Below, one piece after another: positions 54,454-64,000 of a stretch of 64,000 nucleotides of DNA. The DNA lies in contig OX597822.1 in NCBI GenBank assembly GCA_951406725.2, positions 80,600,001-80,664,000 of the forward strand. The letters run 5' to 3'. Position 1 is the stretch's first letter. Every line of letters begins with the position of its first letter. This DNA comes from Octopus vulgaris (lineage: Eukaryota). Position numbers and translations under genes: made by a program. Below the pieces are notes generated by a model. That model saw only the letters and a program-made list of their open reading frames with translations. It did not search any database and had not been told where the DNA came from.

Positions 54454-55096
54454 TATATGTGTGTATGTGTGTGTATATAGAGAGAGGGTAGGGGAGAGAG
54501 ACAAAGACGGATAGATTGATAGATATGCCTGTATGTATATTGTTATGTACAACTATGAATACATGTGTTCGCGTATGTGCAAGAGTACGTAGTTGTAGGT
54601 TGTGAAAATATATTATTTGAATCTATGTGTAATATAAAGAATATTTTTCGTGTTGTCACAGAAAAATTGTTTCAACATTTCTGTTCAGTATTTTCACGGC
54701 TATTATTAATATATGATACTTCTCCATATTGCGTAGGTTGCATAAATATGTCAGGTTTACTACTACTATGGATTCTTCGACAATACTGCATCTGATTAAT
54801 ATTAGGACATATCATATTATCACCCACTAAGATACGAAGCAGAAAATATTATCAATATTAATAATTGAGGGATTATTTCCATAACAGCTTACTTCACAAT
54901 ACATATTTATTTTCGTCTGTAAGCTGCTGGGAATCTCAAAAGAACAAATCTTCACCTTCGAACAAAAATATATGATTTACATCATCTATTGAATATTCTT
55001 TCCCTCGCGTGTTATACAAACCTGTTTCATTTCTCACTGGCCTCTGTCTCTGTACGTACGCTTGCCAGACAGTCTGTTCTTTGTTGTCTTTCTCAG

Positions 55097-55188
<92 letters not shown>

Positions 55189-55732
55189 ATGTAACATTCT
55201 CAATGCCCACAATATTTCACGAACAGTTACATGAAATTATGAGATACAGTTTGTGATGTGTTTTCAGCTTCACTTAGAAACATAAATATCTATCCGGACG
55301 TCCACATAAATATATATATGTATGTGTATGTATACTTCTATATATCTATATCTATATATCGATACATACTCACACAGAAACACACACACGCGCATATATG
55401 TATAAGCATATGTATGAGTATAGGCTTGTGTTACCAGACAAGAGGAAAATGTACTCAGTACATATCGACAATATTGATTTTACATATATATTTTCCGAAC
55501 CAATGGTCTTATGTAATCGCTACTCTAGATTTCGAGATTTCACTCTCATAGCTACTGGGAGAAAAGCGGAAACATTAATCACACATAGTAATGACGTGAA
55601 ACCTTAGCTTCGATACATAAACACATAAATGTGTATATATATATCATACGTATATATACAAGCAAAGGTAGAGTGAGAGACAGAGGGAAATGGAGACAAA
55701 GAGGCACAAGCATAGACGTGTTGTTACGAAGG

Positions 55733-55897
55733 TGCAGGCGTAGATGTGTAGTTAAGAAATCCCGCTTTGTAACCAGTTAGTTTCTGGTTCAGCTACACTG
55801 TGCGTCAGCATGGGCAAGTGTCTTCCCCTACAGCCCCAGGCCGATCGGTGCTTGTAAGTGAATCTGTACACGGAAGCTTTGTGTGAATCCCGTCGTA
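55733..55897 (+). mobile_element. SINE family A 5' half
   Basis: ggttcagc...tgggcaagtgtcttc...cttgtaagtgaat...cccgtcgtata. Confidence 0.7.
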
Positions 55898-55959
55898 TAA
55901 ATACACACACACGCACATACATACATTCATACATACATACACATATATATATATAATAC

Positions 55960-56370
55960 ATAATACAGAGTTCACGGATGATACTCCAACCTCTGTATTT
56001 TGGGGCTTTAGCAATAATTTTCTATTCTATCTGGGAGTTGCTTATTCTACATTCGTTTAATGTCCACATCATATCTGACAGGGATGTTGAACGTTTTTAA
56101 TTATTTTTGTTTCTGTACGCCAGGTGTTGTGTATACGTTTCCTTGAAGGAGTTGCCCGTCATTCTGATATACGTCTGTGCTACTCTGTTGCAGTCCATGG
56201 TCTTGACTTTTTGTACGAATTCTTTCTCGAGGAATTTGTTGTTTATTACTGAAAAACTAAACCTTATACAATCAACAGATAACATCCTAAACATTAGGGA
56301 TAAAACCTACTCTCCTTGCAAACAAAGCAATATTTTACACTCAAATACGTCAAAGAAGAGCCATAATCTG
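55960..56370. mobile_element. Penelope-like GIY-YIG endonuclease remnant, internally inverted
   Basis: Minus strand: QTYIRMTGNSFKETYTQH...RSTSLSDMMWTL...IIAKAPKYRGWSIIRELC. Plus strand from ~56236: LFITEKLNLIQSTDNILNIRDKTYSPCKQ, the expected continuation (LC..EK...LN.R.E....C.H). Confidence 0.8.
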
Positions 56371-57012
56371 CGACGGTAACCACACCAGTATAACCCCTTT
56401 CATGAATGTGAGATCTAAACATACATAACACACAGATGAAATATGCCCCAATGACGAACTACCTCAGCACACAAGTATAACAACACCACTCCCAGAGCAA
56501 GAACAAAATAATGCAAACAAATTGCCCACCCAGCATTTTGCCCAAAAGAAAAGTCCGAGGCAGAAAAACATACAAAATATGCCATCCAAGAGTAATGTTA
56601 CTTGATTCCTTGTGTATATTGACGAGAATTCACTCGAATCTCCACGAAATCAACGAGGCCGGGTTTTCGAAAACGGGGACGACACCTTTCCCCATGTAAT
56701 CGGTTTGAAAAATTACTAAGATAATATTTCCATACTTAACACGAAATCAATGTTAGGCTTCCCTTTCCTCTTTCTCTCAACATCCAATTCCTTCCCTCAC
56801 ATGAAGTAATCTACCCAGTATTCATTCTATATCGAGTGAAAAAACGGTATGGACGATTTGTTTTGGAGTCTAATAATACCATGTACGCCTATGAAGATTT
56901 ACAAACATACTTTCCCAATGATACTCGGTTTACCTACCATTATAAACAATACCTATTGTTTTTTCTCAAACCTTTTATAATGTGATACACGACTTTGGTG
57001 TAGCAATTGCAC

Positions 57013-57106
57013 GCAGCTGAAGAAGGCTTTTGATCTATCTGTTATATCGATTATGCATTGATGTAAGAATAAGTTGTTCTATAAAACCCGAAACATATGT
57101 ACCGAA
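57013..57106 (+). ncRNA. Type I hammerhead with long helix II, downstream of the GIY-YIG remnant
   Basis: CTGAAGA aggctttt...aaaaccc GAAA catatg TA; core intact and helix III palindromic, but helix I poorly paired. Confidence 0.65.
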
Positions 57107-57146
57107 ACATCCTTTGCGTCCGGTTTTTCATTTATTTCATTTGATA

Positions 57147-57214
<68 letters not shown>

Positions 57215-57510
57215 TGGGAGAGAGAGAGAGAGACAGAGACAGAGAGAGAACAAGTAGAAGGATATATTTTTCAACGCGTAAATTATTACAGAACAGCGTA
57301 TTCAGGATAAAATCATTTTGGAGCAGAAAAATTTGTTGGCAACAAATTTTCCGGCTCCAGAAGGATTTTATCCTGTATATGCTTTTCTATAAGTATTTAC
57401 GCATTGAAAAATATATTTTTCTGCATGTTCTACAACACTTTTCAATACTTCAAAGCAAACTTATGTTTGTTTACATATGACGTAATATACACACACACGC
57501 GCACACACAC

Positions 57511-57589
<79 letters not shown>

Positions 57590-57943
57590 TAAATTAGAGA
57601 CAAAACCACAATTAGGCAAATCAAACGATGAAAGACTTAAGCCAATACATATGATTAATTTATATTATTTAAATATGTAACAAAATTATTAAAAAATATA
57701 ATTAATATATATATATATATTTAATGTAGGCTAAAATTTTTTTCGAAAAGAAAAATTTTATCAATGGACAGCATATTAAAAAATAACTCTAACGGTTAAA
57801 ATTATAAACAACTTATAAATAAGGGCAAACGAAAAAATTTCTAATGCCAAATATGCCGAAAATTGGACATATTGTCCATTACCATATAATTTATCAGAAT
57901 ACGCACGCTACTCGAAAAAACCGACGGAAGTTAATAAAAAATT

Positions 57944-58067
57944 CCATTATTACCATATCGGACCGATATGAGTAAGTATCTCATTTATTTCTTTACCACA
58001 TTTATCACTGACGAAGGGAGGGTTCTTACGAACTAACCCTAAAATTGGTCCGATATGGTAATAATGG
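57944..58067. repeat. Fold-back unit with perfect 21-bp arms enclosing a decayed hammerhead (58003-58055, +)
   Basis: ccattattaccatatcggacc / ggtccgatatggtaataatgg; tatca CTGACGA aggg...ccct AAAA ttg GTC cgata. Confidence 0.8.
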
Positions 58068-58074
58068 TCCGATG

Positions 58075-58179
58075 TGGCAAAGTCAACCTCGGCGGAATTT
58101 GATCTCAGAACGTAACGGCAGACGAAATACGGCTATTCATTTCGCCCGGCGTGCTAACGTTTCTGCCAGCTCGCCGCCT
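58075..58179 (-). mobile_element. SINE family C 5' part
   Basis: Very similar to 22467-22570. Confidence 0.85.
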
Positions 58180-58180
58180 T

Positions 58181-58517
<337 letters not shown>

Positions 58518-58823
58518 ACACACACACGCACATACACACACACACACACTCACCCACATTCGTATAATTTAGATTGGAGAAACCCCTGTTACAGAGTATT
58601 TTGTCTTAGACTCAAACATGTAAAGCGCGTTCTATGAGATACGAGGAGAATAACATAATATCTCCATGGCTGTGTGGTAACAGGTTGTTTTCCATGCACA
58701 ATATTCCGTGTTCAATCCCACTCTGTACCACCTTGAGCAAGTGTCATCTACCTTATTCTCGGGCCGACTATAGCCTTGTGAGTAGATATCGTTAACAGAA
58801 AATGAAAAAACTCATCATATGTA

Positions 58824-58868
<45 letters not shown>

Positions 58869-58887
58869 GTATATATAAATATATATA

Positions 58888-60177
58888 CGAGGGGCGTTCA
58901 ATAAGTAATACCCCTGACCTACTTCCCATAGCAGTAGAGCAACGAAACTTGGCACAGTTATTAGTCTTTTCCTACATAGGAAGCACCCAGAGTTACGCAT
59001 TTCTCCCATCGTTTGATGCAGCTCTGGAGACCGTTTTTGTAGAAGACCCTAGCTTGGTCCTCCAGCCACGACGTGACTTCAGAAATCAAGGCTGCATCAT
59101 CTGGGAAACGCTTTCCTTTCAAAAACAACTTCATGGCTGGGAAGAGGGGAAAATCAGAGGGTGCAAGGTCAAGAGAATAGGGGGGATGGGGGAGGAGTTC
59201 ATAGCCGCACGCCTGTGCTTCTGATCTGGCGACACGCGAGTTGTGGACCGGAGCGTTGTCCTGCAGGAGGAGGATGCCTTTGCTGATTTTGCCCCGCCTC
59301 TTGATTTTGATAGCTTCTCTTAATTTCCTCAAAGATGAAGCATAATAGGCTCCTGTAATTGTGGTACCCTTTGCCAGGAAATCTGTCACCACTACCCCGT
59401 CCTGGTCCCAGAAGACTGTGAGCATGACCTTGCCAGCAGAGGGCTGCACCCTTGCCTTCTTTGGAGGAGGTGAGTCACGGTGCCTCCACTGCATTGACTG
59501 TGCTTTGGTCTCTGGATCATAGTGATGGACCTAGGTTTCATCCTGTGTAATCAGTCTTCTGAAAAATTTTGACTCATCTTCTTGGCACATCTCCAAATTC
59601 ATCCTCTACCATTCGACGCGTTCTTGCTTCTGGAAAGGTGTGAGCAATCTGGGAATCCATCTGGCGGATACCTTTTGCATATGCAAATGGTCATGAATAA
59701 TAGTTTCCACAGACCCGGTACTAATCTTGACCTCATGGGCTATTTAGAAAATAGTTATGCGTCGATCTTCCAAAATGGCAGCCTCAACTTGACGGACAGA
59801 TGCCTCATCAATGGCAGAAGGGGGTCGACCAGATCTGGGAACTGCTTCCACAGAGTTCCGATCATGTTTGAATTCATGATGCCAGCGTTTTACAAGTTCA
59901 TATGATGGGGCATCATCACCATAAGTTACTTTCATTTCATCAAGTCTCCCGTAGTGTGCGTCCTTTCAAATACAAAAACCGGATCACTGCTCGACACTCA
60001 ACAGGCTCCATTTCACACTTGATTCAGTTCAAACACCTGTAAATCGGAAACCACAATTAGTTTAGAGGTGTAATTTACCACTTAATCTATAGAGATATAA
60101 ATAATTGTATATGCAAAATATCAGCTATATCAAACAACTGCAAGTGGGTTAGGGGCATTACTTATTGAACCTCCCTC

Positions 60178-60178
<1 letters not shown>
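58888..60178 (-). mobile_element. Full-length mariner (DD34D) transposon, copy 2
   Basis: TA|cgaggggcgttcaataagtaatacc...ggcattacttattgaacctccctcg|TA; 1291 bp; colinear with copy 1. Confidence 0.97.
58961..60011 (-). pseudogene. Mariner transposase pseudogene (C-terminal 177 aa open)
   Basis: QDNAPVH...YSLDLAPSD with 34 residues between the Ds; 2-bp deletion near 59943; stops at 59744 and 59531 (DET*). Confidence 0.95.
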
Positions 60179-60243
<65 letters not shown>

Positions 60244-60554
60244 TTGTGTGTATATGTGTGTATGTGTGTATGCGTGTGTGTATGTATTTACATGCAGGTA
60301 GGTATATATTTATGTGTATCCCCCACTATGGGTTCACGATCGATGTTGGTGTATTTACGTCACCGTAATATATAGAGACTGATAGGATAAGTATTAGTCT
60401 TACAAGGAATGTCATGGGCACGATATATTCGACAAAAACCATTGAAGTCGGTGCTCCAGCATGGCCACAATCAAATGACTGAAACAATCAAAGTAATAAG
60501 AGAATAAAGGAACAAAGCACAATGAACATCAACAGGAATAATACATATCTTTTG

Positions 60555-60700
60555 TATTTTTTGTTTTAATTGTTTCAGTCATTTGAGTGCGGCTATTCTG
60601 GGTCACCGCCTTGAGGAAATTGTAGTCGAATGTATCCACCCCAGTACCGGTTATCGGGTGGTGGTGGCGGGATGAGAACAGACACAAACACACAAACACA
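60555..60700 (-). mobile_element. SINE family A 3' fragment
   Basis: tgtttcagtcatttgagtgcggctattctgggtcaccgcc. Confidence 0.65.
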
Positions 60701-60762
60701 CACACAGGCACGCACACACACATATACATGCATATATATATTCACACACAGACACACACACA

Positions 60763-60851
<89 letters not shown>

Positions 60852-60852
60852 G

Positions 60853-60921
60853 AGTGTATTTTTACCTTGTTAACAATTAACACGGAAAAATAATAAATAA
60901 ATAGTTACCAGGGCAGCAAAA
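60853..60921 (+). repeat. Dispersed repeat shared with 24328-24390
   Basis: gtgtattttt-ccttgtt--caattaacacggaaaa...agttaccagggcagca at both loci, each following a microsatellite. Confidence 0.8.
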
Positions 60922-61210
60922 CATGTGTCGAAAGTAAAAATACTTGTTTAAACCTGCGTTAACTCCATTTTTTATTCATATATATATATATATACATATA
61001 TATATGAGAGACATTGTTATCCAGCAGACCCAAGGTGGCAGGTAAGTCCAGGTAAGTGCTACAGGAGGACGGTAATAGGCTCTGGGTTCGGTAATGGTAA
61101 GAGGGAGGAGTCTAATACGGGTCTTGTGTGAGCATGTGTATATTAAATAAAATGAGACAACAAAGCCAAGGCTGTGTGGAATTTATAGAGCATTTATAAA
61201 GAGAAAGGTA

Positions 61211-61258
61211 GTCTTACAGCTGTTCCTGGGATATAAGGGATATCCTTTCATCAGTGGC
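61211..61258 (-). ncRNA. Type I hammerhead (GAAA mutated to GGAA)
   Basis: gcca CTGATGA aaggatat-cctt-atatccca GGAA cagctg TA agac. Confidence 0.75.
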
Positions 61259-61538
61259 CATATGAGACAGTTAACAAGAGTGAAATGGTTGAGTATAAGG
61301 CGTTATTTTCGGAAAGTATGGATATAGGAAGTATGAAAGTAAATAAGAAAATAAAAATAAAAATATATGTAGGACGTTACAGATGCAGGTCCATTATCCA
61401 AAGATAGTGCTGTGTAGAATGGGCAGACATGTCTCTTGTCTATGGTATGTAGATCGATAGGAGATCATATTTTTTTTTATTATAAATGGATAGTGTGGAG
61501 CCATATAACATAAAATCCCTTTGAATGAACAGTTCAAC

Positions 61539-61586
61539 GTCTCTGATGAAGGAATATTCCTACTATCCCAGAAACAGCTGTAAGAC
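61539..61586 (+). ncRNA. Type I hammerhead ribozyme, core intact
   Basis: gtct CTGATGA aggaatattcctactatccca GAAA cagctg TA agac; predicted cleavage after GUA at 61582. Confidence 0.85.
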
Positions 61587-61882
61587 TAACTGTGTCTTTA
61601 TAAATTTCCTATAAATTCCACACATCGTTGGCTTTGTTGTCCCATTTTATTTAACACACACACACACATATATATACATATATACATACATATCGACATA
61701 TATATTACTTATATACATCTGTGTGTGTGTGTGTGTAAGGAACATTGAGGGAGAAAAATCTAAAAGTGATATTCAACATAATAGCAAACCTTGCGGTGAG
61801 AGAAATTAGGGGATTCATATGATAATTATTATATACTAATAATTGCGAAGGTATCAATATTAATAAAAAGTTTCATTATAAT

Positions 61883-62030
61883 TCTTCTTCTTCTTCTTCT
61901 TCTTCTTCTTCTTCTTCTTCTTCTTCTTCTTCTTCTTCTTCTTCTTCTTCTTCTTCTTCTTCTTCTTCTTCTTCTTCTTCTTCTTCTTCTTCTTCTTCTT
62001 CTTCTTCTTCTTCGTTTCTTCTCATCATCA

Positions 62031-62116
<86 letters not shown>

Positions 62117-62317
62117 TTGTTGATGTTGTTATTATTATTATTACTATTGCTATTATTATCATTATTATTATTAATTCTCTCATCATCATCTTGATCATCA
62201 TTATCGTCATTATCACCATCCTAGTTATCATTGGTACTGATGGTTGTTGTTGGTAGTGGTACTACCAACAGCAGCAGTAGTAGTAGCAGTGGTAGTGGTG
62301 GTGGTGGTGGTGGCGGC

Positions 62318-62375
<58 letters not shown>
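61883..62375. repeat. Compound (TTC)n-(ATT)n-(ATC)n-(GGT)n-(AGT)n microsatellite cluster
   Basis: Directly visible. Confidence 0.95.
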
Positions 62376-62472
62376 TTGCAATGGTAAAATGTATCATTGC
62401 AAATCTCCGCACTCACGGAAACAAGTATATAATTGACTCTAAAATATGTATATTTTTATGTATGAGTGTGTG

Positions 62473-62510
<38 letters not shown>

Positions 62511-62574
62511 TGCATATTTATATATGTATACATAATCTCATATATGTACAAATATATGAATATATATGTATTCT

Positions 62575-62629
<55 letters not shown>

Positions 62630-62633
62630 TGAG

Positions 62634-62670
<37 letters not shown>

Positions 62671-63308
62671 CATACTTAGATAGATAAATTGATATATAGA
62701 TAGATATATACGTACATAGACAGAGATGCATAGATAGATCGATAGTCAGATAGATAGATAAATAGATAGCTATCGTTTGCGTATGTCTGTGTGCGTGTGA
62801 GTGTATGTTGTATGTACACACACACACATATATATAGATATTTATATATATATGTAAATATCTGTATACATACATCTGTGAGCGTATGTGTATGTACATA
62901 GCCACACACACACGCATATATACTTATATATCTACGTACAAAAAGAGGAAAAAAAGAGAATGTTAGTGCGGCAGAGAGGGAGAAAAAAATTTGGGAGATG
63001 AGTAATTTTTCCAGTATGCAATACTAATATGAACGAACATAATAATAGGAATCAATTTGTCGTCTATTTTAAGAACGCTATAAGATGATTTTGTCCTTTC
63101 CATATGCGAAATTCTAGAGCTTTCACGGGGAACAAAAGCGTGAATAAATGAAATGCTATATACATTCATCGGAACGAAAATATCCCAACACAACTTATAT
63201 AAAAGCATACACACTCACCAACTCAGTCACAAACACATATACACACACCTACACATAAATATATACGTATATACATATGTGTAGATATTATACACACACA
63301 CACAAAAC

Positions 63309-63358
<50 letters not shown>

Positions 63359-63369
63359 ATATGTTATTT

Positions 63370-63530
63370 TATGCTTTTATTTCTTTCAGTCATTTGACTG
63401 CAGCCACCACGTATTCTTTCTAAGCCTAGTACTTACTCTGTCGGTCTCTTTTGCCAAACCAGAAAATTACGGCGACGAAAACACATCACCATCGATTGTC
63501 AAGCGATGGTGAGGGGACAAACACACACAC
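63370..63530 (-). mobile_element. SINE family A 3' half
   Basis: tttcagtcatttgactgcagcca...aagcctagtactta...gattgtcaagcgatggtgaggggacaaac. Confidence 0.8.
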
Positions 63531-63544
63531 AATACATATATATG

Positions 63545-63615
<71 letters not shown>

Positions 63616-63872
63616 TATAAAATTTATAAATGCGGGTGAAAAACTTGATATCAGTTTAATAATACCATCAATTTAACATCAAGTGGCTTAGCACATAAAA
63701 ACCAATGGAAAATACAAATTTATACATAAATATTAGAGAGTGACCACTATGTGGTTCACTCTAGTGCTAAAAATAGCTCCGCTAATGGTATAGCCACTAA
63801 AAGTTGTTTCCAAGAAGAAATACCACTACATTTAACGTAAGGTAAGTGAAACACAACGAAAAAATAGATTAA

Positions 63873-63946
63873 CCCTGAACAATTGTTTCATTATCAATGT
63901 AATATGCAATTTTACTTACATAACATCCATAAATCTTCAGCAGAAG
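63873..63946 (-). ncRNA. Type I hammerhead motif with long helix II
   Basis: cttctg CTGAAGA tttatggatgttatg...catattacattgataat GAAA caattg TT caggg. Confidence 0.7.
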
Positions 63947-64000
63947 TTTGTCTTAAATACAATTTATTAAGTCGCTCGAGCGTCAAATACACGTGCGGTT

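Larger units (their letters stand above)
58664..60508 (+). mobile_element. SINE family A split by mariner copy 2
   Basis: 5' half 58664-58820 and 3' half 60320-60508, with the mariner inside the SINE's internal (TA)n. Confidence 0.75.
61143..61654. mobile_element. ~510-bp element with ~115-bp inverted arms, each carrying a hammerhead
   Basis: ttaaataaaatgagacaacaaagccaa...gtcttacagctgtt...ttcatcag is mirrored by ctgatgaa...aacagctgtaagac...ttggctttgttgtcccattttatttaa. Confidence 0.85.

Overview
AT-rich, microsatellite-saturated animal DNA. It is most likely a cephalopod (Octopus-type) intron or intergenic region; this is an inference from repeat content and composition. I found no convincing host protein-coding gene, and nearly all listed ORFs are microsatellite artefacts. 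Recognisable content: two near-full-length DD34D mariner copies in inverted orientation (48822-50114 +, 58888-60178 -), a decayed DD37D (maT) transposon, LINE remnants (Dong/R4, RTE, CR1-like), Penelope-type GIY-YIG remnants, non-autonomous Helitron-like pieces, about 20 tRNA-derived SINE copies and a 5S rRNA-derived copy. The most striking hidden signal is at least 10 intact or decayed type I hammerhead ribozyme (HHR) motifs (CUGANGA...GAAA-palindrome-UH). Their helix III sequence varies but is palindromic in the best copies (ACTCGAGT, ACAGCTGT, ACAATTGT, ACATATGT, ACGATCGT, ACGCGCGT). They lie in short non-coding units, often next to (TA)n: a 353-nt terminally redundant monomer, and several fold-back (inverted-repeat) units. 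This points to a Penelope-mobilised retrozyme/circular-RNA system. All alignments were made by eye, and boundaries of decayed repeats are approximate.
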